64,000 nucleotides of DNA, from NCBI GenBank assembly GCA_964016885.1, contig OZ024759.1, positions 22,568,001-22,632,000 of the forward strand, given 5' to 3'. Below are positions 1 to 14,300 of this stretch, one piece after another. The notes below the pieces were generated by a model that was given only the letters and a program-made list of their open reading frames with translations, had not been told where the DNA came from and did no database searches. The position numbers and the translations under genes were made by a program. Origin of the DNA: Eledone cirrhosa (lineage: Eukaryota). Each line of letters starts with the position of its first letter. Position 1 is the first letter of the stretch.

Positions 1-17
1 GTTGTTGTGTTGTTATT

Positions 18-3000
18 GGTGGCGGCGGCGATGGTGCTGGAGGTGACGGTGGTGGTGATGGCGGTGGAGGTGATGGTGGTGATGTGGAGGTGATGGTGAT
101 GTGGTGGTGATGTGGCGGTGGAGGTGGTAGTGGTGATGGCGGTGGAGGTGATGGTGGTGATGTGGAGGTGATGGCGGTGGAGGTGGTAGTGGTGATGGCG
201 GTGGAGGTGATGGTGGTGATGTGGTGGTGATGTGGCGGTGGAGGTGGTAGTGGTGATGGCGGTGGAGGTGATGGTGGTGATGTGGAGGTGATGGTGGTGA
301 TGTGGAGGTGATGGCGGTGGAGGTGGTAGTGGTGATGGCGGTGGAGGTGATGGTGATGTGGCGGTGGAGGTGATGGCGGTGGAGGTGGTAGTGGTGATGG
401 CGGTGGAGGTGATGGTGGTGATGTGGAGGTGATGGTGGTGATGTGGAGGTGATGGCGGTGGAGGTGGTAGTGGTGATGGCGGTGGAGGTGATGGTGGTGA
501 TGTGGTGGTGATGTGGCGGTGGAGGTGGTAGTGGTGATGGCGGTGGAGGTGATGGTGGTGATGTGGAGGTGATGGTGGTGATGTGGAGGTGATGGCGGTG
601 GAGGTGGTAGTGGTGATGGCGGTGGAGGTGATGGTGATGTGGTGGTGATGTGGCGGTGGAGGTGGTAGTGGTGATGGCGGTGGAGGTGATGGTGGTGATG
701 TGGAGGTGATGGTGGTGATGTGGAGGTGATGGCGGTGGAGGTGGTAGTGGTGATGGCGGTGGAGGTGATGGTGATGTGGTGGTGATGTGGCGGTGGAGGT
801 GGTAGTGGTGATGGCGGCGGAGGTGATGGTGGTGATGTGGAGGTGATGGCGGTGGAGGTGGTAGTGGTGATGGCGGTGGAGGTGATGGTGGTGATGGCGG
901 TGGAGGTGATGGTGGTGATGTGGAGGTGATGGCGGTGGAGGTGGTAGTGGTGATGGCGGCGGAGGTGATGGTGGTGATGTGGAGGTGATGGCGGTGGAGG
1001 TGGTAGTGGTGATGGCGGTGGAGGTGGTAGTGGTGATGGCGGTGGAGGTGATGGTGATGTGGTGGTGATGTGGCGGTGGAGGTGGTAGTGGTGATGGCGG
1101 CGGAGGTGATGGTGGTGATGTGGAGGTGATGGCGGTGGAGGTGGTAGTGGTGATGGCGGTGGAGGTGGTAGTGGTGATGGCGGTGGAGGTGATGGTGATG
1201 TGGTGGTGATGTGGCGGTGGAGGTGGTAGTGGTGATGGCGGCGGAGGTGATGGTGGTGATGTGGAGGTGATGGCGGTGGAGGTGGTAGTGGTGATGGCGG
1301 CGGAGGTGATGGTGGTGATGTGGAGGTGATGGCGGTGGAGGTGGTAGTGGTGATGGCGGTGGAGGTGGTAGTGGTGATGGCGGTGGAGGTGATGGTGATG
1401 TGGTGGTGATGTGGCGGTGGAGGTGGTAGTGGTGATGGCGGCGGAGGTGATGGTGGTGATGTGGAGGTGATGGCGGTGGAGGTGGTAGTGGTGATGGCGG
1501 TGGAGGTGATGGTGGTGATGGCGGTGGAGGTGATGGTGGTGATGTGGAGGTGATGGCGGTGGAGGTGGTAGTGGTGATGGCGGCGGAGGTGATGGTGGTG
1601 ATGTGGAGGTGATGGCGGTGGAGGTGGTAGTGGTGATGGCGGTGGAGGTGGTAGTGGTGATGGCGGTGGAGGTGATGGTGATGTGGTGGTGATGTGGCGG
1701 TGGAGGTGGTAGTGGTGATGGCGGCGGAGGTGATGGTGGTGATGTGGAGGTGATGGCGGTGGAGGTGGTAGTGGTGATGGCGGTGGAGGTGGTAGTGGTG
1801 ATGGCGGTGGAGGTGATGGTGATGTGGTGGTGATGTGGCGGTGGAGGTGGTAGTGGTGATGGCGGTGGAGGTGATGGTGGTGATGTGGAGGTGATGGCGG
1901 TGGAGGTGGTAGTGGTGATGGCGGTGGAGGTGATGGTGGTGATGGCGGTGGAGGTGGTAGTGGTGATGGCGGTGGAGGTGATGGTGATGTGGTGGTGATG
2001 TGGCGGTGGAGGTGGTAGTGGTGATGGCGGTGGAGGTGATGGTGGTGATGGCGGTGGAGGTGGTAGTGGTGATGGCGGTGGAGGTGATGGTGATGTGGTG
2101 GTGATGTGGCGGTGGAGGTGGTAGTGGTGATGGCGGTGGAGGTGATGGTGGTGATGTGGAGGTGATGGCGGTGGAGGTGGTAGTGGTGATGGCGGTGGAG
2201 GTGGTAGTGGTGATGGCGGTGGAGGTGATGGTGATGTGGTGGTGATGTGGCGGTGGAGGTGGTAGTGGTGATGGCGGTGGAGGTGATGGTGGTGATGTGG
2301 AGGTGATGGCGGTGGAGGTGGTAGTGGTGATGGCGGTGGAGGTGATGGTGGTGATGGCGGTGGAGGTGGTAGTGGTGATGGCGGTGGAGGTGATGGTGAT
2401 GTGGTGGTGATGTGGCGGTGGAGGTGGTAGTGGTGATGGCGGCGGAGGTGATGGTGGTGATGTGGAGGTGATGGCGGTGGAGGTGGTAGTGGTGATGGCG
2501 GTGGAGGTGATGGTGGTGATGGCGGTGGAGGTGATGGTGGTGATGTGGAGGTGATGGCGGTGGAGGTGGTAGTGGTGATGGCGGCGGAGGTGATGGTGGT
2601 GATGTGGAGGTGATGGCGGTGGAGGTGGTAGTGGTGATGGCGGTGGAGGTGGTAGTGGTGATGGCGGTGGAGGTGATGGTGATGTGGTGGTGATGTGGCG
2701 GTGGAGGTGGTAGTGGTGATGGCGGCGGAGGTGATGGTGGTGATGTGGAGGTGATGGCGGTGGAGGTGGTAGTGGTGATGGCGGTGGAGGTGGTAGTGGT
2801 GATGGCGGTGGAGGTGATGGTGATGTGGTGGTGATGTGGCGGTGGAGGTGGTAGTGGTGATGGCGGCGGAGGTGATGGTGGTGATGTGGAGGTGATGGCG
2901 GTGGAGGTGGTAGTGGTGATGGCGGCGGAGGTGATGGTGGTGATGTGGAGGTGATGGCGGTGGAGGTGGTAGTGGTGATGGCGGTGGAGGTGGTAGTGGT

Positions 3001-4210
3001 GATGGCGGTGGAGGTGATGGTGATGTGGTGGTGATGTGGCGGTGGAGGTGGTAGTGGTGATGGCGGCGGAGGTGATGGTGGTGATGTGGAGGTGATGGCG
3101 GTGGAGGTGGTAGTGGTGATGGCGGTGGAGGTGATGGTGGTGATGGCGGTGGAGGTGATGGTGGTGATGTGGAGGTGATGGCGGTGGAGGTGGTAGTGGT
3201 GATGGCGGCGGAGGTGATGGTGGTGATGTGGAGGTGATGGCGGTGGAGGTGGTAGTGGTGATGGCGGTGGAGGTGGTAGTGGTGATGGCGGTGGAGGTGA
3301 TGGTGATGTGGTGGTGATGTGGCGGTGGAGGTGGTAGTGGTGATGGCGGCGGAGGTGATGGTGGTGATGTGGAGGTGATGGCGGTGGAGGTGGTAGTGGT
3401 GATGGCGGTGGAGGTGATGGTGATGTGGTGGTGATGTGGCGGTGGAGGTGGTAGTGGTGATGGCGGTGGAGGTGATGGTGGTGATGTGGAGGTGATGGCG
3501 GTGGAGGTGGTAGTGGTGATGGCGGTGGAGGTGATGGTGGTGATGTGGTGGTGATGTGGCGGTGGAGGTGGTAGTGGTGATGGCGGTGGAGGTGATGGTG
3601 GTGATGTGGAGGTGATGGTGGTGATGTGGAGGTGATGGCGGTGGAGGTGGTAGTGGTGATGGCGGTGGAGGTGATGGTGATGTGGCGGTGGAGGTGATGG
3701 CGGTGGAGGTGGTAGTGGTGATGGCGGTGGAGGTGATGGTGGTGATGTGGAGGTGATGGTGGTGATGTGGAGGTGATGGCGGTGGAGGTGGTAGTGGTGA
3801 TGGCGGTGGAGGTGATGGTGGTGATGTGGTGGTGATGTGGCGGTGGAGGTGGTAGTGGTGATGGCGGTGGAGGTGATGGTGGTGATGTGGAGGTGATGGT
3901 GGTGATGTGGAGGTGATGGCGGTGGAGGTGGTAGTGGTGATGGCGGTGGAGGTGATGGTGATGTGGTGGTGATGTGGCGGTGGAGGTGGTAGTGGTGATG
4001 GCGGTGGAGGTGATGGTGGTGATGTGGAGGTGATGGTGGTGATGTGGAGGTGATGGCGGTGGAGGTGGTAGTGGTGATGGCGGTGGAGGTGATGGTGATG
4101 TGGTGGTGATGTGGCGGTGGAGGTGGTAGTGGTGATGGCGGCGGAGGTGATGGTGGTGATGTGGCGGTGGAGGTGGTAGTGGGGAGGATGGTGGTGGTGA
4201 GGTAGAGGTG
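18..4210. repeat. GGT-rich complex minisatellite (GGTGAT/GGCGGTGGA/GGTGGTAGT/GATGT modules)
   Basis: About 4.2 kb built from a few 5-15 nt modules with extreme G/T strand bias. A rare module order at 351 recurs at 3675. Confidence 0.95.
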
Positions 4211-4419
4211 GACGCGGTCGTCGTCTTTTTCTATTTTTCTCTGTCTTTCTTCTTCTTCCACATCTTCTTTATCTTTTCCCTCTTTTCCTTCTCCCCCCCA
4301 CCTCTCTCTTATCTCTGCTTTCGATGTTTCGACACGTAAAGGATATTTAAAGCGTATTTCTGGATGTAATTTCTGTTTGCCTCAGAATACAGGGAAGGAA
4401 CAGGAAAAAAAAAAGAGTC

Positions 4420-4425
4420 AAACAT

Positions 4426-4476
<51 letters not shown>

Positions 4477-4529
4477 AACGCATACACACAGGTATAAACA
4501 CACATATACATACACACATATACCCCCCC

Positions 4530-4568
<39 letters not shown>

Positions 4569-5108
4569 GTGTATGTGTATATATATATATATATTTATGT
4601 ATGTATACCAATATATATATATGCATATATTTATACACACAATTGTATATATATACATATACACATATATACACACAATTATATATATATATATATATAT
4701 ATATATTCACTCACACATACACACACACACACACATATATATAGATAGATAGATATAGATACATACACGTTTTTACGCACACAGACACACACACACGCAC
4801 ACACACATATATATATATATATACATATATTTTATCCAGCCATCTGCGCCTAGCCCAACAGAAAAGATACGACTTGTTGAAAAAGTAAATGATACGCAAC
4901 TTACTAATGATCCAGAAGAGTAAACGGAGCAAGAGAACGCTGTATTACATTCTAACATTAATACGATATATTTACTATTTATGTCGTCCATTTTCTTTTT
5001 TGTATTATCTTTCTCAACAAATAAAGTCTTTTCATTTTGCAAAGCCAATTTTTACGCAGAGACGCCTCTTCCCATTTATTTCTTCCTCGTCCTTTCCTGT
5101 TCGTTGGA

Positions 5109-5155
<47 letters not shown>

Positions 5156-5444
5156 TACATACATATACATATACACACACACATACATATATATACACAA
5201 ACACACAAATATATAAATGTATATATATATACACAAATATATATGTATATATACATATATATAAATGTATATATATATACATATATATAAATGTATATAT
5301 ATATACATATATATAAATGTATATATATATATACGTATATATATATACATATATATAAATGTATATATATGTAGAAATATATATATATGTATAAATATAT
5401 ATATTTATATATTTATACATATATTTATTTATAGATATATATAC

Positions 5445-5486
<42 letters not shown>

Positions 5487-5518
5487 TTATACATATATTT
5501 ATTTATAGATATATATAC

Positions 5519-5558
<40 letters not shown>

Positions 5559-5590
5559 TTATATATATATTTATTTATAGATATATATAC

Positions 5591-5643
<53 letters not shown>

Positions 5644-6240
5644 TATGCACACATATATATTCATAAGCACATACATACATTTATATATATATATTTCATT
5701 TATTTCTTTCTGTTTCTGATTTGTTTGTAGTTTCCCTTTGTGTTTGGGTGGCTTTTGTTCCATCTTCCATATAGTATATATATATATATTGTAGATATAT
5801 ATATATTGTAGATATATATATATTGTAGATATATATATATTGTAGATATATATATATTGTAGATATATATATATTGTAGATATATATATATTGTATATAT
5901 ACATATATTGTATATTGTATATATACATATATTGTATATATACAGTACATATATTGTATATATACATATATTGTATATATATATATATTGTATATATATA
6001 TATATTGTATATATATATATATTGTATATATATATATATTGTATATATACATTTATATGTATATATACACGTATATATATAAATACATCTATCTAAATAT
6101 ATAATTCTGTATACATTTATAAATATTCGTTTATATGCATACATATAGGTATCTTCCTCTCTCCCTCTATCTCTCTCAATATATATATATATATATATAT
6201 AAATATATATTTATACATATCTACATATATATATACGTCT

Positions 6241-6289
<49 letters not shown>

Positions 6290-6427
6290 TAAAATTATAT
6301 ATGTATATACATATATATTTATTAAAATTATATATGTATGTATATATATATACATGTAAAGAGCCACTGGTATATAAATATATATATATATATATTTATA
6401 CATATCTACATATATATATATACGTCT

Positions 6428-6465
<38 letters not shown>

Positions 6466-6506
6466 TTATATATGTATTTATATATATATACATGTAAAGA
6501 GCCACT

Positions 6507-6574
<68 letters not shown>

Positions 6575-6792
6575 TTTGTAAACATACACACCTATATATA
6601 TATATATATACACATATATACGTATATGCATTAGTTTTCTTTTACACTCGTAATTCAACTTCAGTATTGGTATTCAATTAAAACGCTGTATCCTATCTAT
6701 TCTTCCTCATATGCAATTTTGTAAAAACATTTTCGTGTGTTTTTTTAATCCTAATGGTAAGATCTTATTTTACTTTGTAGTCTTCTGTTTCG

Positions 6793-6891
<99 letters not shown>

Positions 6892-7040
6892 TATACTTAC
6901 ACACACACACATATATATATATATACACATATATATTACATACATACTTACATATATACATGTATACATATATAATACTTACATACATATATATACATAC
7001 ATATTTACATACATACATATATACATACACACACTTACAT
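4420..7040. repeat. Compound (TA)n/(CA)n/(TG)n microsatellite field
   Basis: Directly visible. It produces the YIYI/CVCV pseudo-ORFs. Confidence 0.95.
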
Positions 7041-7106
7041 CGCAACTTCAGTTTGGGTATTTGTACTTCTTTTAAAATTTAATTTTATTTTATTTCACAT
7101 TATCTA

Positions 7107-7141
<35 letters not shown>

Positions 7142-7544
7142 CATCATTGTCTTTTTTGCATACATATCGCGCCATGTTGCTTGTAATTCTTTAGAGTAGA
7201 TATGTCGTGCGTTTGGCGAGCTATTAAAGTAGTCCATTTATAAAAATGAAAATAAAATAAAAAATGTTTAAAAGTAAAAGATGTTACAAAGACATTTCTA
7301 TAAATTTGGATCGTTTTATCGAGACACAAAAGATCTATTTCAGGAGAGTGAATAGAAAAGAAATGTGATGCTCATGTAATTTTTCTTTCACTCCCAGTAG
7401 CATTAAATGTTAATCTCAAGTGGAATTGATTCAACTGGAGATTTAAAAAACACGTGACCATCTTAATCCTATGAGACACGACTGAAAAAAACACAACAAA
7501 AATCAAAAAGACTCTACTCGTTTTCTTGACTTGCTAGAAATATT

Positions 7545-7985
7545 GGTTTCTGATTCAGGCACAAGGCTAACAATCTTTTTAGGGGAGAGGAAAGGTAATG
7601 AAATCGACCCCAGTGCGTTACTGGTACTTTATTTTATTGACTCCGTAAGGATGAAAGGCAAGGCGGACATTGGCAGGATTAGAATTCAGAATATAAAGGG
7701 CCGTAACTAAATGCTACAAAGCATGTTGTCGGACGCTCTACTGATAATGCCCTCACCTCACAAAATAATTGTTACTGATTTAGGCAGAAGGCAAAAAATG
7801 TTTTGGGGAGGGAAAAAGTTAAGGAAATCGACCCAAGTGCATTACTGGTACTTTATTTTATCGACCCCGTAAGGATGAAACTCAAAGCTAACATCGGCGG
7901 GATTTGAACTCAGAAGGCAAAGGAACGTAACTTTATATCGCAAAGCATGTTGTCCAACGCTCTACCAATCCGATTCTGCCAATAA
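7545..7985 (-). mobile_element. Two adjacent copies of tRNA-derived SINE family 1
   Basis: Shared core ctggtactttattttatcgaccccgtaaggatgaaaggcaaag...ggatttgaactcag (B box gttcaaatcc on the minus strand), repeated more than 15 times in the window. Confidence 0.85.
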
Positions 7986-8294
7986 ATAGGAAGTATTTAG
8001 TAGAATCATTTTCTCATAATTAAACTGGTGTTTGTAATATAACTTAACAAAGGTCCCTACATAAAATTATAAAGAAAGGATTATTTTTTAGAATATAAAC
8101 ATTTTAAAATAAAGCTCTGTAACATAGTACATCGGGCGGTTTCGAAAGCTACTGTTTGAAACATAACTTAACAAAGGTTCTTCTAAAAACTCACGAGAGA
8201 AGATTTTTAAAATAAATATAAAGACTTTAAAATACATCATAGAGCCAAGGGGTGGTTTTAGATGGTGTGTTATCGAAATTGTTAATGTTTAGAA

Positions 8295-8585
8295 CATGCA
8301 TGGGCAACCTTTTTTGAGAATTGGGGCGCATGAGATATGGATCATCATCAGGCGGGCCGCAAGCGCTAATTTACATTCGTGCCCACATTAAACAAAAGGG
8401 CGGTAACTGAGGTTGTTTTGATTTGTTTCTTCAGAATTCGTACACGTTGTTTTCCTCGATCGTAAAAACGATAGAAAGATAAATTACGACTGAAAAGTTG
8501 TGGTAAAAAAATCAGAAAGATTTCACTTAGGTGACTTAGGCAGGCCATTCAGAAAGCTTCGCGGGCCACAAGTTGTCCATGAGTG
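8295..8585. mobile_element. hAT (Charlie-like) MITE
   Basis: Imperfect TIRs catgcatgggcaac / gttgtccatgagtg. 8-bp TSD gtttagaa (8287-8294) / gtctagaa (8586-8593), one mismatch. Confidence 0.8.
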
Positions 8586-9237
8586 GTCTAGAAACAGGAG
8601 TTCTTCAAAACAAAGTTGCGTCGTATATTTTGAAAAATACTATAAGAAACCAAGACTTTCTAGGCAGGTTCTCTCCTCCATCAGAAATCCAACAACAACA
8701 ACAACACACACACACACACACACACAATAAAACAAAACACAGACAATAAAATATAAAATGAAAACCATCTTTATCGATTTTAATTTCGAAACCAAATTGC
8801 AATATGATGTAATTATGACACCGGTTCATGCAAGTTGATTTAATAATTTTGACCGTGGCAGCATATTGAACCTTAGTCACGAAGAGAAGCATAAATAAGA
8901 CAAGTAATACCTTTTAATAATGATGTTGTGAATAATACGAAGCTGTTGTAAATTTATATACTGGATGTCAAACTATCAATAAAAGAGCTGCCTACTCTAT
9001 TTATGAGAGAAAGACTAGATTACATTATTGCCAGCCATTGGTGTTTTATTGTTTTACTTGGCAGTAGTTATTGAATTTAGCATTCGATTGTGAATGAAGT
9101 GTATGAAGGTACTGCATTGCCGAATGTACTGTTATATAAAGAGTGTGTCATATGATATATATTTATATATCATATGACATATATATATATGTAAATATGT
9201 TTTGAAACAGTGAGCAGGTTTGAAATTAGAAACATAG

Positions 9238-9422
9238 AATAGCTTTCACCGTATTTTTTTTACTAAAGAAATTTTAGTCTGATAATGGGGTTTAGAACCC
9301 TCAGATAAATGGAAAAAGATGAGTATTGACGTCAATACTCACCTTTTTCCATTTATCTGAGGGTTCTAAACCCCATTATCAGACTAAATTTTCTTTAGTC
9401 AAAAAATACGGTGAAAGCTATT
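9238..9422. repeat. Spacerless near-perfect palindrome, ~92-bp arms
   Basis: Centred on gac|gtc (9328-9333). Arms are reverse complements with a few mismatches. Confidence 0.95.
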
Positions 9423-9451
9423 ATATATATATATGTATAGATAATTATACT

Positions 9452-9504
<53 letters not shown>

Positions 9505-9633
9505 TAAATCTACCAAAAGTTTACGGTAGTGTCCAATCCGTATGAAGAACTCAATGTAATCCGGATATCATGGAAAGAAGAGATGCATTCAAAAATCACT
9601 TTCGGTGAAAGATAAACGGAATTCAGAGTCAAG

Positions 9634-10030
9634 ATAAAATATTAAAAAATAATGAATAAAACAAAGAAACAGTTCCTTATATTAAACAAAAAAAGTTCAT
9701 TATTTAACGATCGTTTCTAGGACATATATGTGTTAGAATTGGCATGCATATTCAAAAGATCTATGTACAAAATTATACAAACTATCAAGGAGAATATACA
9801 TACCATCACATATATATGCTGTCTTCAGAAATAATCTGAAGACAGCATATATATGTGATGGTATGTATATTCTCCTTGATAGTTTGTATAATTTTGTACA
9901 TAGATCTTTTGAATATGCATGCCAATTCTAACACATATATGTCCTAGAAACGATCGTTAAATAATGAACTTTTTTTGTTTAATATAAGGAACTGTTTCTT
10001 TGTTTTATTCATTATTTTTTTAATATTTTA
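9634..10030. repeat. Palindrome with ~196-bp arms and 5-nt spacer (fold-back element end)
   Basis: tcttcaga-aataa-tctgaaga centre at 9830-9834. Arms look identical by eye and the right end runs into (TA)n. Confidence 0.95.
9699..9835 (-). ncRNA. Type I hammerhead ribozyme motif with long stem II
   Basis: Minus strand: attattt-CTGAAGA-[cagcatatatatgtg...cacatatatgtccta]-GAAA-cgatcg-TT-aaataat. 7-bp stem I, palindromic stem III acgatcgt, GUU site, imperfect base of stem II. Confidence 0.65.
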
Positions 10031-10047
10031 TATATATATATATATAT

Positions 10048-10238
10048 TAAACAAAGAAGGTGTGGTAAGATACCAGGTGGACCATAACGCACCAGAGTAC
10101 TCGATACTTAGGGTAGTAGAGTGGGTAATAGGGAAAAGAGTCAGGACTCCGACGGCTGAGCTCCGGCTGTTTCGATAGCTAGATCCGAACTGCTGTCGAA
10201 ACGGATTTCCGCCGTCGGGGTCCTGACTCTTCTCCCTA
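10048..10238. mobile_element. TA-embedded fold-back element, family B (divergent copy)
   Basis: gtggtaagataccaggtggaccataacgcaccagagtactcgatacttagggtagtagagtggg followed by an inverted partial copy. (TA)n on both sides. Confidence 0.85.
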
Positions 10239-10983
10239 TATATATATATATATATCCATATGTAGTTGACATACGAGAGAAAAGAATGTTCAATACCGAA
10301 GAAGAGTTTAAATAGTGAGTCTGGTGTTTCACCTTCGCACACAGAGGCCCCAACTCTCTCTTATATATATATATATATATATATACCTCAACACACAAGA
10401 GAACGAGCCTTGTAATTAAGTCAACTGCACATCATAAAAAAATCAATATTAAATGAACAAGAACACATCGATGTTTATAATCGATATATTAAAGTATTAG
10501 AATCGATACTCAAGGCAAGATTTGCCCCCAACAGCTCACACCAATTGTATTTCTACTAACGACCTTGAAGAATGAAACCTAAACATTGCCTGCTCTCGTT
10601 TCTTCGCTCATTCATTTCTTTCTTCCCTCACCCCCGTTCCTTTTTTCAATCCATCATCCACTCCTTCCTTCCTTTCTCATTCCTCCACTCTTTCCACCCT
10701 CCCCTTTTCTTCTTTTCCTTCGTCTGCCCTTTCCTATCCCTCCCCTGTTCCTTTCTCCCTTCCACACACCATACACAATAGAATAATTACTAAAATAACA
10801 CCAGAAACAACAAATTAAACTCCACAACACAACAGGACTGATGCAATAGATTAACAGGAGGAGCCAGTACCCACCTTCCACCACCACCACCACCACCACC
10901 ACCACAACAGTAAGAACACAATGCTGCCAACACCTTAGGAACACGGAGGTGCACCATGTGATATAGTAGGAAATGATAATAAT

Positions 10984-11177
10984 AATTGTTTCTACTTTTG
11001 GCACAAGGCCAGCAATTAAACCAGTGCATTACTGGTACTCTATTTTATCGAGCCTGTAACGAGGAAAGGCAAAGTTAACCTCGGCGGGATTTGAACTCAG
11101 ATCACAAAGGGTCGTAACTCTAGGCTGCAAAGCACGGCGTCCGACCCTCTACCGATTCTGCCAATCCACCGCCCCAT
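10984..11177 (-). mobile_element. SINE family 1 copy
   Basis: Full head-to-core match ending ctgccaatccaccgcc. Confidence 0.85.
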
Positions 11178-11380
11178 AATAATAAACGAAAGGGAAACGA
11201 TTGAAGAGACCCAAGACCTCATTCACTTACCGAGTGGAGTGAAACTCATCAAATCGAACCGAGGAAACAATGTTTCCATTGCTCTTTCTATTACTGATAC
11301 TATCTACCAGTCGCAACCCCCGACAGAAAGAGCAATATGAAATAAATAAAGTCTATTGCTCAAGGACTTAACGTTTAAAA

Positions 11381-14300
11381 CAGTGGTTCCCAACCTTTTG
11401 TGCTCCGTACCCCACCGCAACATCTCAAGCGTTTTTATGCCCCCTTTTGATATAAAAACAGCGATGATCAACAACAAAGTGCAACCAAATTGCTGTATGG
11501 GTGGTGCCAGATGCACAATAACACGTGGAGGAGGTGAGACACGAGTTTCCGACAGCAATGTGTACCAAAGTTGCCTTGGTGTAGGTGGTGCCAGATGCAC
11601 AATAACACGTGGAGGAGGTGAGACACGAGTTTCCGACAGCAATGTGTACCAAAGTTGCCTTGGTGTAGGTGGTGCCAGATGCACAATAACACGTGTGGAG
11701 GAGGTGAGACACGGGTTTCCGACAGTACTGTGTACCAAAGTTGCCTTGGTGTAGGTGGTGCCAGATGCACAATAACACGTGGAGGAGGTGAGACACGAGT
11801 TTCCGACAGTAATGTGTACCAAAGTTGCCTTGGTGTAGGTGGTGCCAGATGCACAATAACACGTGGAGGAGGTGAGACACGAGTTTCCGACAGTAATGTG
11901 TACCAAAGTTGCCTTGGTGTAGGTGGTGCCAGATGCACAATAACACGTGTGGAGGAGGTGAGACACGGGTTTCCGACAGTACTGTGTACCAAAGTTGCCT
12001 TGGTGTAGGTGGTGCCAGATGCACAATAACACGTGTGGAGGAGGTGAGACACGAGTTTCCGACAGTAATGTGTACCAAAGTTGCCTTGGTGTAGGTGGTG
12101 CCAGATGCACAATAACACGTGTGGAGGAGGTGAGACACGAGTTTCCGACAGTAATGTGTACCAAAGTTGCCTTGGTGTAGGTGGTGCCAGATGCACAATA
12201 ACACGTGTGGAGGAGGTGAGACACGGGTTTCCGACAGTAATGTGTACCAAAGTTGCCTTGGTGTAGGTGGTGCCAGATGCACAATAACACGTGTGGAGGA
12301 GGTGAGACACGAGTTTCCGACAGTAATGTGTACCAAAGTTGCCTTGGTGTAGGTGGTGCCAGATGCACAATAACACGTGTGGAGGAGGTGAGACACGGGT
12401 TTCCGACAGTAATGTGTACCAAAGTTGCCTTGGTGTAGGTGGTGCCAGATGCACAATAACACGTGTGGAGGAGGTGAGTCACGAGTTTCCGACAGTAATG
12501 TGTACCAAAGTTGCTTTGGTGTAGGTGGTGCCAGATGCACAATAACACGTGTGGAGGAGGTGAGACACGGGTTTCCGACAGTACTGTGTACCAAAGTTGC
12601 CTTGGTGTAGGTGGTGCCAGATGCACAATAACACGTGTGGAGGAGGTGAGACACGGGTTTCCGACAGTAATGTGTACCAAAGTTGCCTTGGTGTAGGTGG
12701 TGCCAGATGCACAATAACACGTGGAGGAGGTGAGACACGAGTTTCCGACAGTAATGTGTACCAAAGTTGCCTTGGTGTAGGTGGTGCCAGATGCACAATA
12801 ACACGTGGAGGAGGTGAGACACGAGTTTCCGACAGTAATGTGTACCAAAGTTGCCTTGGTGTAGGTGGTGCCAGATGCACAATAACACGTGTGGAGGAGG
12901 TGAGACACGGGTTTCCGACAGTAATGTGTACCAAAGTTGCCTTGGTGTAGGTGGTGCCAGATGCACAATAACACGTGGAGGAGGTGAGACACGAGTTTCC
13001 GACAGTAATGTGTACCAAAGTTGCCTTGGTGTAGGTGGTGCCAGATGCACAATAACACGTGGAGGAGGTGAGACACGAGTTTCCGACAGTAATGTGTACC
13101 AAAGTTGCCTTGGTGTAGGTGGTGCCAGATGCACAATAACACGTGTGGAGGAGGTGAGACACGGGTTTCCGACAGTACTGTGTACCAAAGTTGCCTTGGT
13201 GTAGGTGGTGCCAGATGCACAATAACACGTGGAGGAGGTGAGACACGAGTTTCCGACAGTAATGTGTACCAAAGTTGCCTTGGTGTAGGTGGTGCCAGAT
13301 GCACAATAACACGTGTGGAGGAGGTGAGACACGGGTTTCCGACAGTACTGTGTACCAAAGTTGCCTTGGTGTAGGTGGTGCCAGATGCACAATAACACGT
13401 GTGGAGGAGGTGAGACACGGGTTTCCGACAGTACTGTGTACCAAAGTTGCCTTGGTGTAGGTGGTGCCAGATGCACAATAACACGTGTGGAGGAGGTGAG
13501 ACACGGGTTTCCGACAGTACTGTGTACCAAAGTTGCCTTGGTGTAGGTGGTGCCAGATGCACGATAACACGTGTGGAGGAGGTGAGACACGGGTTTCCGA
13601 CAGTACTGTGTACCAAAGTTGCCTTGGTGTAGGTGGTGCCAGATGCACAATAACACGTGTGGAGGAGGTGAGACACGGGTTTCCGACAGCAATGTGTACC
13701 AAAGTTGCCTTGGTGTAGGTGGTGCCAGATGCACAATAACACGTGGAGGAGGTGAGACACGAGTTTCCGACAGTACTGTGTACCAAAGTTACCTTGGTGT
13801 AGGTGGTGCCAGATGCACAATAACACGTGGAGGAGGTGAGACACGGGTTTCCGACAGTAATGTGTACCAAAGTTGCCTTGGTGTAGGTGGTGCCAGATGC
13901 ACAATAACACGTGTGGAGGAGGTGAGACGGGAGTTTCTGACAGTAATGTCTACCAAAGTTACCTTGGTGTAGGTGGTGCCAGATGCACAATAACACGTGT
14001 GGAGGAGGTGAGACACGAGTTTCCGACAGTACTGTGTACCAAAGTTGCCTTGGTGTAGGTGGTGCCAGATGCACAATAACACGTGTGGAGGAGGTGAGAC
14101 ACGAGTTTCCGACAGTAATGTGTACCAAAGTTGCCTTGGTGTAGGTGGTGCCAGATGCACAATAACACGTGGAGGAGGTGAGACACGGGTTTCCGACAGT
14201 TATGTGTACCAAAGTTGCCTTGGTGTAGGTGGTGCCAGATGCACAATAACACGTGGAGGAGGTGAGACACGGGTTTCCGACAGCAATGTGTACCAAAGTT

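Noticed and set aside
4309-7082. [12 protein letters not shown] ORFs here and throughout the window
   Set aside because: They are translations of dinucleotide microsatellites.
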